DNA of 64,000 bases, taken from assembly GCA_045046875.1 (NCBI GenBank), contig JASFYY010000038.1, positions 1 to 64,000 of the forward strand, read 5' to 3'. Position 1 is the first letter of the stretch; every line of letters starts with the position of its first letter. This stretch comes from Verrucomicrobiota bacterium. GTDB lineage: Bacteria > Verrucomicrobiota > Verrucomicrobiia > Verrucomicrobiales > DEV007. The translations under genes and the position numbers were made by a program. The notes under the pieces were generated by a model. It ran no database searches, was not told the origin of the DNA, and saw only the letters and a program-made list of their open reading frames with translations. Below, in pieces: positions 1-11,051 of the stretch.

Positions 1-654
1 GAAGCCAAACCCACTGCCCAGGTTTTATTGTTAGCCGAAACAGGAGACCCCCTGCTCGCTGTCTCTCGTTTTGGGCTCGGCACTGGCATGGCCTACACTT
101 CGGATCTGACCGAAAAATGGGGCGGCGAATGGTTGGCCTGGGAAGGTTGCGGCAAGTTCTGGGCGCAGGCCTTCCGTAGCATAGTAAAAAAATCAGACGC
201 ACAAGGCCTCACCGCCGTGCCGCGAAAAGATCATCAACGCTGGATCGTTGACATCCGCAGCAGCGATCCCGATCACATGCCCATCTCACGCATCGACTGG
301 GATGGTGCTCTGCTCGATGCCAATGGCAAATCCCGTCCGGTTGACATCGAAGAAATCGGCCTCGGTCGTTACCGGGCTAAAATCCCGCTATTAAAAACAG
401 ACAAACACCTCAGCGTGCGCCTGCATGACCGCTCCAACGACAAACTCAAGGTGCTGCATTACTCCGCCGAATACCCCGCCGAATACCGTCTCTCCAATAA
501 ACTACCCGAAGCTCTGGCTAGCCTGACCACTTTCGAAGCAAAACAAGTCCGCGCTGAACTCAGCCCCACCAACCGCCACCGCTCCGTGATGCACTGGTTC
601 GCTTTCGCCGGACTGACCTGCCTCTTAGCCGGTATGATGCTGAGAAGGATTTAG
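1..654 (+). CDS. C-terminal part of a VWA/class I GATase-like domain membrane protein (5' truncated by the window edge)
   Basis: The frame is open from base 1 (EAKPTAQVLL...). GDPLLAVSRFGLGTGMAYTSD..KWGGEWLAW..GKFWAQ resembles the GATase-like C-terminal region of VWA proteins, and there is a C-terminal TM helix ending RRI. Confidence 0.7.
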   Translation, partial: EAKPTAQVLLLAETGDPLLAVSRFGLGTGMAYTSDLTEKWGGEWLAWEGCGKFWAQAFRSIVKKSDAQGLTAVPRKDHQRWIVDIRSSDPDHMPISRIDWDGALLDANGKSRPVDIEEIGLGRYRAKIPLLKTDKHLSVRLHDRSNDKLKVLHYSAEYPAEYRLSNKLPEALASLTTFEAKQVRAELSPTNRHRSVMHWFAFAGLTCLLAGMMLRRI

Positions 655-783
655 ACCGTAGAGGGAAAGGAGGGAAAAGTTTAACCGCAATCGCAGCGCA
701 GCGGAGATAGCTGGAAAAAACTACTCGAAAGCAAATGCGCGGATTGGTGCGGATAAGAAAAAAGGAAATATAAAATATAAAAA

Positions 784-1722
784 ATGAAACCAATACTAAT
801 AATTCTAATCACCCTTTTTGCATTCAGCCAATACTCAAAAGCACAACAAACGTATGACTGGGAACATGGCGCAGTCGAAGGTGTAAAGTTGAACACGGTC
901 ACTTTTCGCGCATGGCTACCGAAAAGTGATGATCCTATACGTGGAACTCTGATTTTAATCCCGGGCCGCCATGGCGATGGCCGCGGCATGGCTGAAACCT
1001 CAGACTGGCAGGAGGTGGCAGAGTCGGTGAACTTCGCCATCATGGCTTGCCAATTTGCCGATGGCGATAAATATTTATATCAAAACGACTCGGATCAAAT
1101 TCTCTGCGGGGTAGTGGATGAAGCTTTGATGAAGTTAGCCAAACTCAGCGGACACGAGGAAATTGGCGTTGCTCCAGTGGCTTTTTGGGGGACTTCCGCA
1201 GGATCCAATTTTTCTTCACATTACTGTAACTACAAATCCAAACGTGTAGCTGCGTTTGCCAGCTCAAAAGGCACATTTGGACCTAATCACATAAACTCAC
1301 GCGCTAAAAGCTATATCCCGATGTTTTTTGCCATTGGCAAAAATGACAGAAAAGAATGGGTAGATGTTTCTCTCAAAAACTACAATGAATCGCGCAACTC
1401 ACAATCCCCATGGACACTGGCATTGCACCCTGCTGAAGGTCATGGGGTCGGCAAGAGTAAAGCTCTTGCTCAAGCTTGGCTCACGAGTGTTCTACGTCAG
1501 CGTTTAGGACTTCCTCCCAATGAGCAGAGAACACCCTCACGTCCATCATCATTGAGCTCAAATAAAATGAAACCAATTAAAGTGAAAGAGGGATGGCTCG
1601 GAGATCCTGAGACTCTAGAAATTGCAGCTTACAATGATTTCAAAAAAAGAAAAAAAGAAGCCACTTGGTTACCTGATGAGAACGTGGCTCTAGCTTGGAA
1701 AGCTTATTTGATCTCAGAATAA
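784..1722 (+). CDS. Exported alpha/beta hydrolase family protein
   Basis: Signal peptide; nucleophile elbow GTSAG; later GKND and EGHG motifs fit a Ser-Asp-His triad. Confidence 0.7.
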   Translation: MKPILIILITLFAFSQYSKAQQTYDWEHGAVEGVKLNTVTFRAWLPKSDDPIRGTLILIPGRHGDGRGMAETSDWQEVAESVNFAIMACQFADGDKYLYQNDSDQILCGVVDEALMKLAKLSGHEEIGVAPVAFWGTSAGSNFSSHYCNYKSKRVAAFASSKGTFGPNHINSRAKSYIPMFFAIGKNDRKEWVDVSLKNYNESRNSQSPWTLALHPAEGHGVGKSKALAQAWLTSVLRQRLGLPPNEQRTPSRPSSLSSNKMKPIKVKEGWLGDPETLEIAAYNDFKKRKKEATWLPDENVALAWKAYLISE

Positions 1723-1745
1723 TTAACTACTACATGAATAGAGCC

Positions 1746-1775
1746 TGTCCCACTGTAGCTAAGACCCGTGGGACA
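1746..1775. repeat. Inverted repeat TGTCCCAC...GTGGGACA after the hydrolase stop (terminator- or REP-like)
   Basis: 8-bp arms at 1746-1753 and 1768-1775, 23 bp after the stop codon. Confidence 0.45.
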
Positions 1776-2044
1776 AGCGCTATCTTAGGATAGTTTCCTC
1801 CAACGGTTTGGCACTACTCCATTCTGGCTACCTTCGTTCAGCTGCGCTATGGCTGGGGTTTACTCCGAAAATAATTTAATCCAGATTTAGAAACAACTCC
1901 CCATCACCTTGACTCTCACGATTTAAACAGACCTCCATTACAAAGCATCCCATCCGCGCCCATTTGCCTTCTGGTAATTTCCTCCGGCTGTCTCCTTGCA
2001 GTCGGCTGCGCCATCCGCGGTTCAACTCTTACTTCTTCATACCC

Positions 2045-5000
2045 ATGCGATACTCTCTCCGTTCTCTCCTGTTGATATTAATCCTCGCGATTTCGCTCCC
2101 TTCCCTGTTACCCGCCCAAAGTCAGGGTAACCCAGAGAAAACCACTTCCGGCCCCAACGAGAAAGCCAAGAAGTATCACTCCGCCCTGTTGCGACGCCCT
2201 TCGGGTGGTTATCTGTTTGATCGTTTTTTTAATGCCTGGCTGGACACCGATACCATCGACAGCATGGACGCTTTTCTGAAAAAACAAAGCGAAGCCAAAC
2301 AAGCCACCACCGCGGATCGACTTTTGCGGGCTTATTTTCTCGTTCACCAGGGGCAAGAAACCCAGGCGCTGGCGGTTTTTGAAGCTGTGCTCAAAAGCGA
2401 TCCGAAAAATGCCGAAGCCTGGAGCGAACTGGCCAAAGCCCGTGCCCGCATCTTGGATTTCGAACAGGCTCTCGCCGACCTCGACAAGGCTCTCGCTTTG
2501 GATCCAAAAAAAGACCTCGCCATCCAACTGGGCAAACTCAAAGGACGTTGGTTATCACGCTCGGGCAACAACGAAGATGCTCTCACCGCCTGGAGGGAGC
2601 TGCTCAAGGCACACCCCAAAGACAACGAACTGCGCGAGGACCTGGTTGACCTCCAGCTTGCACAAAGTCTCATCGAAGAGGCCATCAAGACCCAAACAGC
2701 CTTGATCGAGTCCACCCGCGACGCCTACCAGAAAATCACTCGCAAATTGCGCCTCGGTGACATCTACCTGCGTTCTGGCAAAAGTGACCTGGCCAAAAAA
2801 ACCTACAGCGAAAGCCTAAAAGCCGCCGGGCGCGATACCTGGTTGGAAAAGGAAATCCTCGCCCAGATCGAAAGCCTGTTCCGCCGTGAAAACGATCTCG
2901 AAGGTTTGAAAAAATATTACACCGAACTCGCCCAAAAAGAATCCGGCCGAATCGCTGTATTACGCCGCCAGGCCGTCATCCTGGCTGAACTCGAAGAAGG
3001 CGACGAAGCCATTGCCGTTTTTCTCAAAATATTAAAAATGACCCCCGGTGACCGTGCTAACCGGGAAGCTTACGTTTCTCTCTTGGGCAAATTGGGCAAA
3101 GCCAAACAAGCCGTCGAGCAAATCACCATGCTGGTCAAAGCCGAACCCGATGACACCGAACTGCTCACCCAATTAGCCACCTGGCAAAATGAAGCCGGAC
3201 AAAACGAAGCCGCTCACCAGAGCGTAAACAAATACCTCAGCTCATCGGATAAATCCGAATACGCTTACCTGCGCGCCGCACGGATGCTGGAGCGGTTCAA
3301 ACAGAGCAAAGCCGCCGCCGAAACCTTTGATCGACTCATCGTCGCTTTTCCCGATAGCATCAGCGCCAAAGAAGAACGCGCGGCTTTTCTCTATCGCACA
3401 GATAAAAAAGAGCAAGCCATCGCCATCTGGACAAAAATCGCCGAACAAGGTTCTGACCAAGACGCCATCCGCGCAGCTCGGATTTTATCAACCCATGGCC
3501 AAAGGGAACTCGCTTATCAAATCCTGAAAAAACGAGTAGGTGAATTTTCCACCGACTTTGTTTTTCTCGGCAGGCTTAGCGAAGAGGCGCTCGCCTCGAA
3601 ACACGCCGAAGAAGCCATCCCCTGGATGGAAAAAAGAGTCGCCCTGGCCACTTCGCCGGTCGATTTTAGGGATGCCTTGCGTCAAGCGGTCAACATCCTG
3701 GAGCGCTCAAAAAAACTGCAGGACTACCGTCAACAACTGCTCAAGGACAAAGCCACTTTGGATGCTGCCCAATCTTGTTTATTAGCCGAACTGCTTGAGA
3801 AAAACGAGGAATACGATGTAGCCGAAAACATTCTCAAACCTTGGATGGACAAAGGTGATCTGCTCGCCCTGCATCAGCGCACCCGCCAACTTGAGCTGCG
3901 CAACGAATGGAAAAAAGCGGCTGAGTCCTTGCGCCAGGTCATCGACCTTCCCAAGGGGCGTCGTTCCACCAACCTGCAGCACCTGGTCGAACTTTATCAA
4001 AAAGGACAAAAACCACAACAAGCCCTCAAGTGGATCGAAGAATGGAAAAAAGTCTCACCCGGCAGCTCCCAACCATGGCTCACCCAGGCGCAAATCCTTT
4101 ACAGTGACAGCAAAAACGAGGAAGCCATTCAAATTCTGAGAAAAACGGTCGCCCGCTTTGAAGATGAAGAAACCCCGCGCACCCTGCTCGCCTCCTATTA
4201 CCAACAACAGGGAAAAACCGCCGATGCGGAAAGGATCTACTGGAACCTCTACGAACAAAGCGAAGAGGTCGGCGCCAAATTACGCTGGGTAAGCAGCCTC
4301 AGCTCGGTCGCCATGCAACAGGGCAAAGTCGACAAACTGATCGAACGCTTCGAAGAGCGCCGCCGCGCCAATCGCCAATCCATCGCTCCGCTGTTGGCGA
4401 TCGCCGAGGTGCATCGTCGTTCAGGTGACTACGAAGGGCGTCGCGTCGCCCTTCTCGAAGCCACCCGCTTGCGTCCGGAGGATCTGAATTTGCTCAAGCA
4501 AATCGCCCGTATCGAAGAACAGGAAGGCAACTGGGAGCGCGCGGTGGAAACCCTCGAGTCCGCCCTGCCATTGGACAAAACAGGTCACACCAAACGCGAC
4601 ATTGCCCTACTTCACCTACGCTACGGAGACGAGGAGGTCGGTTACCGCCAGTTCATGCAATTACAAGGTGGCGCGGACATGGATGCGGATTCCGTATTGT
4701 CCATGGCCGACAGCATGATCGCCCGCAGCGGCTGGGAACGCGCGATCCAATTGCTCGAACAACACAGCGAACGTTTTCCCGACGACTACCGCATCGCCTA
4801 TTTGCGCGCAGTAGCGCTTGAAGAATCAGGAGAAGAAGAAAAGGCGATCCAGGCTTTCCTGCGCTTGCTCGATTTTGACAAGGAAATCGCCAAACTATCT
4901 CCCCAGGCCCAAGCTCGCCTGTACTCCCGCTACGCTGCCGCAAGCCAACCGAACGCTGAATCAATCAAGGGCTTAAACGACCTCTATCAAATCCAGGGAG

Positions 5001-8000
5001 CTTATTGGAGCGCTTATCAATATCGTCAACAGTTGCAGTCGGGACGCATTCGCTTTCAAAGTAATTTTGGCAATCAGAAAACCGGCTTGATCACCCTTCC
5101 CACTTCCTTGTCCAATCTCGGCACCCAGGCGCTAGCTCATCTGCGACAACTGTCCCAACTCTTCTATAGTGATGACGATCCCATCGATAAAAACGTGATC
5201 GCCGTAGGCTTGAAACAACGCGATTTCAAAAACGTCGCGTTGTTGCTGGCTATCCCTCTCAACAACCCTTTCTCGCAAGGGGCTCAGATTGATATCTCTC
5301 TACTGGATCGCTTCCCTGACAGTGACGCCTTGCACGCCATGGCCATCACCACCCAAATGAATCAAATGGTCAACCGGCAGGGACAGATTGATCTGGAACT
5401 TTTAACCCGTTGTTACAACAAACTACACGACCAATACCCGGTTCTCTCCCTCAATGCCGCCATCGTCGCCTCGGCGAGCGGAGAAAAAGAAGCTTTTGCC
5501 ATGTTACGCCAATCCCTCGCTGAAAATCCAAAATCCGATGGCTGGGCAGGTCTGGCGCCCCATAGTATCTCTTATCTATTGTTCAACCACGCCGACGAAA
5601 ACTTTCCCGAAGATTTGAAAAAAGTCCTGATGGGCAAACTTCGCGAATCACGAGCCACGCAAGTCGAAGCCAGTAATAAAACCCAAGGTATCAACTCTCT
5701 TCTTCGTTTTAACCCCAACGATCCTTACATCGGCATCCTGCGAAAACAAAAAGACCTCAGCGAATTTGTCGCTTATCTCGATCAACAATGCAGCGACTAC
5801 GAAAAAGCCCTCTACGACCCGCAGTTAAAAAACAATATCACCTCTCTTGGAGGATTAGGTCAATATCTACGTTATTATTATAGCAACCAACCCATCTTCC
5901 GCTCGCTGAGTTTCCCACCCCCGGAAACACCTGACATCGCGCCTAATATGCTGACGGTTTTTGTGCAAACTCCTGGATATAATTTCTCCGGCAAACAAGC
6001 CCCTATCGACTCACAGGAAGCCAAGCGTGTTGCGCAAAAAGCGAATGACCCTTTTCTCAAACTATTCCTGCTGGATCTAGCTGAAGACACTGAAGCCGCA
6101 CAAAAACAAATCGAAGCCATCCTGGCGGCCGCCAAAAAAAACCACACCCGATTGCCCTTGCGCGAATCCCTGATCGCAGCAGCCTGGTATCAAAAAAACG
6201 AACAGTGGGAAAAATCCGCACAAATTCTCGAAGCCGTTCGCTTAACACCAATGGACGCCACTCTGCGCCGCCGCATCGACGCCTTACTGGTGATTTGCGC
6301 CAAAGAAGCCAAGCTTAATGAAAAATCCTTCCAAGCCGCCGATGCCAAAGGTCTCGCCAAACAAGGCCCGGCTGCCGCCCTGCGGCTACGCTACGGCACT
6401 CTCAGCCCCCAACATCGTGCCGAGCTCATCAGCGTATTGGATGAATTTGGATTCAAGACCGAAGCCAAACAACTGGAAGCTAAAAAAATCGCCCAAAACA
6501 ATCGCACTAGCAGCATGATGCCCACAGCGTCTGTCGGAGCACAAGGCGTGCGCGAAAAGATCGAAAAAATGATCAAAGACGGCAAAAAAGAGCAGGCCGA
6601 AAAACTACTCAGCCGCACCATCGAGCAAAATGTCCGTACCCTCACCAGCAACGGAAATGTACGCTGGGACTACAACCTGCTCAACCTGCTCAATTCGATA
6701 CGCCGCAAACACCCTGAGATGCTGGAAAAAGTTTATCAGCAAGCCGTTCCAGGAAAAGATGCCACCTCGGCAGATCATTTGCGTTATGCCGCCATGCTGG
6801 AAATGAATGTGAAATTCAAAGAAGCGGCAAAATCCTATGATGCGGCTCTTGCCTCCATGTCGAAATCAAGCCAGAAAAAGTTCCTGCCCAGAATAGCTCT
6901 AATCAAGGGCATGGACGATCCCGAAGCAGGAGCAAAACTGATGCAACAGCTCGACCCCACCCAACTCTCCCAGTTTGGTCAACTGATGCAAACGGTTATG
7001 CAGCCAATTGATTACAGTGGGGACAGCACCGGTCTGCGTTTCGATGTTCGTTTAAAACACGCACAAATGATCACCGAATGGCTCAACCGCATCGTTGGTG
7101 ACAAAAAAATCGCCCGAACGGATCTCTCCTGGGTCTTGCAATACGGACTTCACAACATCTCCAGCAGTATGTATCCGCTGCCCGACATTGACCAGTATGA
7201 TCGCTACTCCTTAAAATCGGCGTTAAGCGATAAAAACAAAAAACTGGCCGAACCTCGCCAGAAAGCTTACGACGCTTTATGCCTGGCGATGAGCAAACAT
7301 CCGCAACTGGCACGCAAAGCTTTTTCCTCACTGTCACGCCAGCGCATCGCCAATAATGCTGCCACCGCATTCAATGACCAGGAGCTGCTCGCTCTCGCCG
7401 GTCAAATAACATCAAACTCCAAACCATCCAACAACCCGATGGCCCGCTTCAACTCCGTGGCCTGGATCTCACTCACTGACGACCATCACCCACTGTGGAC
7501 ACCCGAAGAATTCCTAATCCAACACAGCCTGCTCTCGAAGGAGGGTGCCAACGACATTCAGAAAGCGGTCGAACTCGTCAGCAAGTCCAAAGACCGAAAT
7601 GGCGCCAAAGTCGCCCGCGCTTTTGCTCAAATGAAAACCGGAACTGCGGAAGAATTTGAAAGCGCTATACAAGCTTACCTCAACGCAAGTTCTGGAAACA
7701 TGGGCATGCAGAACAACTATTTTTCATCATCGACCAGTGATGTGGTTTATTCAGCCGCCAATAAAGTTTTTGTCACATGGCAAGCCCGCCGGGAAGAAAT
7801 CTCCAAAGTTTTCAGCATGGAAGAGTTCCTCCTCAAGGCGATCAAAAAATCCCGCCAAACCTTTCGCAACGACACCCTGTTGCTGGCCGCCGATTACACC
7901 CAGTGGTTGGCTCAAAAACAAGGTTGGGAAGCGGCTCAAGCCTGGTTATTAGAAGTCACCGAATCCTGGTTGGGAGACCGCAAACGCTGGGCAAAATTCA

Positions 8001-10915
8001 AAAAAGAAGCCCGGCGGAAAATCGCCAATGCTAACGGCAGTTATTATTATCAAGGCGGACAATTCACCGACATCACCCACAAACAATACGCAGGTTTCCT
8101 GCAACGCTGCGGAGCCGATCCTTCACTGGTCTTCAACCTGGTAGCTTTTGCTGAAAAAAACGGACTTGATCATCAAAAACAAATCTCCCAACAAACCGTC
8201 CTGAGTCGACTCTCATCATCAAACGTCACCCGAAACTCGAAGCTGGTCACCTCCATTATCAAAAACTCACCGTTTATCGGAGCCTCCGCTGATTTCCGCA
8301 GCGGTGATCTGCAACAAAACCGCGACCCGCTTTTCAAAACTTTCCTCGATGCCAGTCGCAGATGGAAAAAAGAAGAACAAACTCCATTCAAAAAATTCCT
8401 CAGTGAAAAAAACACCTTCGGCTCGCAACTCGCTCTGGCCTACCTGCAACAAAAAGACGGCGGTGATAAAAACACCGACGCCGTCGCCAAATTTCTTGGC
8501 AGTCAAAGAGCGGTCATCGAAAAGATGCCCAAGATCAATAAAAACGACCTCGCCACACTAGTGGTGAAGTTTTACCCCAAAGGCGTGCCCGTTGACGATT
8601 TGGACAAAGACGCCCTCGCCGTGATCGATCAACTCGGCACCGCCCGTGCCAAGTCCGCCAAGGAAAATGCTGAAGATTTTTTACAGGTGAAAAAACTCAG
8701 TGAACTCAACATCACTGATTCCAGGAAGTTGCGTGAAAAAATCGCACCCCTGTTAAATCCTCTGCTGCAATCCGATCAATGGGATTTGATGGAAAAAGTT
8801 ATCTGGCACGCCATCAAGTTAGGCAAAGCTGAGCAAAAAAAAGGTGCTTGGAATACGAGCCAACATATCCCGTGGACTCTCAGCTCTTCTATTGCTTACG
8901 ACCTCCTACGTTTGACCGCTGGGGGTGGCTTAGAGCGCATCGCATTCTACCAACGCCTAGTCGAAAACGACAAAGAAGGACAAATCGGAGTCATTTACGA
9001 TAATTCAAAATTTTCCAGTGTTCTGAAAGCAGCTTTCAATCAAGCTGGAGGAAGAGAACAAATGGAAAAAGCACTCAGTAAAGTCACGGCTGATTTGTGG
9101 AAACTTACCAAATCACAACAAGACCTCACCTTGGCAGGTCTTATATGGACACCTTTAATTTACCACTTTCCACCCGAACAAATGCCTCGCGCTATTGCCT
9201 GGGCAGACAAACATGCTGAAGGCGAATCGTGGTCCCCGCTAGCTAAAGAAATAGCGATGTGCTGGCGCTTGATCATGAATATCACTACCCAAAGAGTCAC
9301 ACAACCCTACTGGGATAAGGTGCCTAATCTTGAAGCTTGGCAAGATCACTACCTCGCTGTTATCGATAACGAGTCATTATCCATTACCTACCGAATGAAT
9401 GTCGCACATATTCTTAGCGGTGGTAAAACAGGCATGCTTAAAGACAGAACAATTCGCCGTAGCACCGAACTACTGATAGAATCGATGTTAGGAGAACACC
9501 CTAACATGGGATGGAGCTTCACTTTTATCACTCGCGAATTCTGCTTGCTCCCTAAAAACGAAGAATGGACGACTTTAGCGGAAAAACTCTGTGAAGCCTG
9601 GACCTTTGCAAGTCGCCATAATACTAAAGATCATAAATTTGGGCAGGCATGGCACCCCTCTACTGTACTTGTTCTGCAATCTTTACAGTTACACTGTCGC
9701 TTAGGAGATAAAGAGAAACTCAACCAATTCCGTAAAGAAAAAACGGCATCCGAACGCTTGCTCTCCACTGCTAGAACCGTATTTTGCCTCGTCCAATATG
9801 GCTTCTTTGATGAAGCCCTTGAAGAACTCAAACGCGACACCAATTTTCAAGATATCAGCACTGATTATGTAGCTACAAATGGGTATTACCAAGCCTATTA
9901 CGATTCCCGCGTCCATACGAACCTGCCCAAATTTCTCGCCAAAATCGATGAACCCGGATTACGGTTTTATGCAGAAATACTGATTCTAGGGTCCTTCGAT
10001 TTGCCCAAAGGCAAAGAGGAAAAAAACGCTACTTATAAACGTCGCCCCCTGCGTATCACAGATGCCGTCAACCGCTTTTCCAAGATTGACTTCGAAGAAG
10101 ATGAAATCCTCAAAGGTCACACTTTGAGGCTATTCGACATTTACGATTACACCAGCTTCCATCTTAAAAGCGAACTCGCGGCTCATTTTGCCAAAGCTGA
10201 TTTTGAAAGCATCCTCAACAGCAAAAACTACCGTCGCATCGAATACGACATCCGGGTGCTTGGCTCTCACGCCAACAACCGGTTGCGAGAACAAGACCTC
10301 ATCCCGGTGAGAAAATTCCTCCAGTTTCTACGCAAAACCAAAACAGAGGAATACTACCAGCGAAAGGCCTTGCAGCACTTCAGTCTCCGTATTGCTTCCT
10401 CCATGCCCGCACGCAGCCACTTTGCTATGGACCCTAGCGACCTACAAAGTCACGCCGATGCCCTGCACCTCCTGCTTGCTATTCCCGATCACAAACTCAT
10501 GACTCACTCAGGCTTACAAACAACAGCCATCTCAAAAATCACCGCCGACGTTTTGCTCGGACAATTCCCCGAAGTCAAAAGCCAACTTGAAACCAACCGG
10601 TTCAATCAAAGCCGAATCAATCTACTTGGCAAAGGTTTATACAAAAACATCTACACCTTTTGGCGTCCAATGACAGTAGTCATGAAGTTTAAATCCAGCG
10701 ACCTTAACTACAAACCCGATACCAAAGAACGCCACCGCCGGGTCGAAGCCCTGCTCGCCCACCCGATCATCATCGAAGGCCTCAAAAACGAAAGGAACCT
10801 GGAAAAAATGCTCACCAACAACGCCTGGGTCAGCAAAGAAGAGTTCGATACCGATTGGGGCCAAAAACTGATGAAAGCCTGGCAAGCCGCCCACGCTCCA
10901 AAAACCAACCCGTAG
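2045..10915 (+). CDS. Giant exported tetratricopeptide-repeat protein, 2956 aa
   Basis: ATG 2045 opens a signal peptide (MRYSLRSLLLILILAISLPSLLPAQ). The first ~950 aa carry many TPR-like units (e.g. DPKNAEAWSELAKARARILDFEQALADLDKALALDP); the rest looks all-helical. Confidence 0.85.
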   Translation: MRYSLRSLLLILILAISLPSLLPAQSQGNPEKTTSGPNEKAKKYHSALLRRPSGGYLFDRFFNAWLDTDTIDSMDAFLKKQSEAKQATTADRLLRAYFLVHQGQETQALAVFEAVLKSDPKNAEAWSELAKARARILDFEQALADLDKALALDPKKDLAIQLGKLKGRWLSRSGNNEDALTAWRELLKAHPKDNELREDLVDLQLAQSLIEEAIKTQTALIESTRDAYQKITRKLRLGDIYLRSGKSDLAKKTYSESLKAAGRDTWLEKEILAQIESLFRRENDLEGLKKYYTELAQKESGRIAVLRRQAVILAELEEGDEAIAVFLKILKMTPGDRANREAYVSLLGKLGKAKQAVEQITMLVKAEPDDTELLTQLATWQNEAGQNEAAHQSVNKYLSSSDKSEYAYLRAARMLERFKQSKAAAETFDRLIVAFPDSISAKEERAAFLYRTDKKEQAIAIWTKIAEQGSDQDAIRAARILSTHGQRELAYQILKKRVGEFSTDFVFLGRLSEEALASKHAEEAIPWMEKRVALATSPVDFRDALRQAVNILERSKKLQDYRQQLLKDKATLDAAQSCLLAELLEKNEEYDVAENILKPWMDKGDLLALHQRTRQLELRNEWKKAAESLRQVIDLPKGRRSTNLQHLVELYQKGQKPQQALKWIEEWKKVSPGSSQPWLTQAQILYSDSKNEEAIQILRKTVARFEDEETPRTLLASYYQQQGKTADAERIYWNLYEQSEEVGAKLRWVSSLSSVAMQQGKVDKLIERFEERRRANRQSIAPLLAIAEVHRRSGDYEGRRVALLEATRLRPEDLNLLKQIARIEEQEGNWERAVETLESALPLDKTGHTKRDIALLHLRYGDEEVGYRQFMQLQGGADMDADSVLSMADSMIARSGWERAIQLLEQHSERFPDDYRIAYLRAVALEESGEEEKAIQAFLRLLDFDKEIAKLSPQAQARLYSRYAAASQPNAESIKGLNDLYQIQGAYWSAYQYRQQLQSGRIRFQSNFGNQKTGLITLPTSLSNLGTQALAHLRQLSQLFYSDDDPIDKNVIAVGLKQRDFKNVALLLAIPLNNPFSQGAQIDISLLDRFPDSDALHAMAITTQMNQMVNRQGQIDLELLTRCYNKLHDQYPVLSLNAAIVASASGEKEAFAMLRQSLAENPKSDGWAGLAPHSISYLLFNHADENFPEDLKKVLMGKLRESRATQVEASNKTQGINSLLRFNPNDPYIGILRKQKDLSEFVAYLDQQCSDYEKALYDPQLKNNITSLGGLGQYLRYYYSNQPIFRSLSFPPPETPDIAPNMLTVFVQTPGYNFSGKQAPIDSQEAKRVAQKANDPFLKLFLLDLAEDTEAAQKQIEAILAAAKKNHTRLPLRESLIAAAWYQKNEQWEKSAQILEAVRLTPMDATLRRRIDALLVICAKEAKLNEKSFQAADAKGLAKQGPAAALRLRYGTLSPQHRAELISVLDEFGFKTEAKQLEAKKIAQNNRTSSMMPTASVGAQGVREKIEKMIKDGKKEQAEKLLSRTIEQNVRTLTSNGNVRWDYNLLNLLNSIRRKHPEMLEKVYQQAVPGKDATSADHLRYAAMLEMNVKFKEAAKSYDAALASMSKSSQKKFLPRIALIKGMDDPEAGAKLMQQLDPTQLSQFGQLMQTVMQPIDYSGDSTGLRFDVRLKHAQMITEWLNRIVGDKKIARTDLSWVLQYGLHNISSSMYPLPDIDQYDRYSLKSALSDKNKKLAEPRQKAYDALCLAMSKHPQLARKAFSSLSRQRIANNAATAFNDQELLALAGQITSNSKPSNNPMARFNSVAWISLTDDHHPLWTPEEFLIQHSLLSKEGANDIQKAVELVSKSKDRNGAKVARAFAQMKTGTAEEFESAIQAYLNASSGNMGMQNNYFSSSTSDVVYSAANKVFVTWQARREEISKVFSMEEFLLKAIKKSRQTFRNDTLLLAADYTQWLAQKQGWEAAQAWLLEVTESWLGDRKRWAKFKKEARRKIANANGSYYYQGGQFTDITHKQYAGFLQRCGADPSLVFNLVAFAEKNGLDHQKQISQQTVLSRLSSSNVTRNSKLVTSIIKNSPFIGASADFRSGDLQQNRDPLFKTFLDASRRWKKEEQTPFKKFLSEKNTFGSQLALAYLQQKDGGDKNTDAVAKFLGSQRAVIEKMPKINKNDLATLVVKFYPKGVPVDDLDKDALAVIDQLGTARAKSAKENAEDFLQVKKLSELNITDSRKLREKIAPLLNPLLQSDQWDLMEKVIWHAIKLGKAEQKKGAWNTSQHIPWTLSSSIAYDLLRLTAGGGLERIAFYQRLVENDKEGQIGVIYDNSKFSSVLKAAFNQAGGREQMEKALSKVTADLWKLTKSQQDLTLAGLIWTPLIYHFPPEQMPRAIAWADKHAEGESWSPLAKEIAMCWRLIMNITTQRVTQPYWDKVPNLEAWQDHYLAVIDNESLSITYRMNVAHILSGGKTGMLKDRTIRRSTELLIESMLGEHPNMGWSFTFITREFCLLPKNEEWTTLAEKLCEAWTFASRHNTKDHKFGQAWHPSTVLVLQSLQLHCRLGDKEKLNQFRKEKTASERLLSTARTVFCLVQYGFFDEALEELKRDTNFQDISTDYVATNGYYQAYYDSRVHTNLPKFLAKIDEPGLRFYAEILILGSFDLPKGKEEKNATYKRRPLRITDAVNRFSKIDFEEDEILKGHTLRLFDIYDYTSFHLKSELAAHFAKADFESILNSKNYRRIEYDIRVLGSHANNRLREQDLIPVRKFLQFLRKTKTEEYYQRKALQHFSLRIASSMPARSHFAMDPSDLQSHADALHLLLAIPDHKLMTHSGLQTTAISKITADVLLGQFPEVKSQLETNRFNQSRINLLGKGLYKNIYTFWRPMTVVMKFKSSDLNYKPDTKERHRRVEALLAHPIIIEGLKNERNLEKMLTNNAWVSKEEFDTDWGQKLMKAWQAAHAPKTNP

Positions 10916-11051
10916 CCTGTGGCCTATTAAAAATAATTCTAACCGCAGCCGCACCATCCGTGATTAAACTCTTTAAAAGCGAATGCTAGAGACTTGAATA
11001 TTTATTCATTTTTCTTGAATGCAAAGCTCGTATTTGCCAATATAATCGTCC

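Noticed and set aside
1795..1865. Integron attC-like site after the hydrolase
   Set aside because: AAC...GTT ends are present, but there is no convincing internal complementarity and no integrase.
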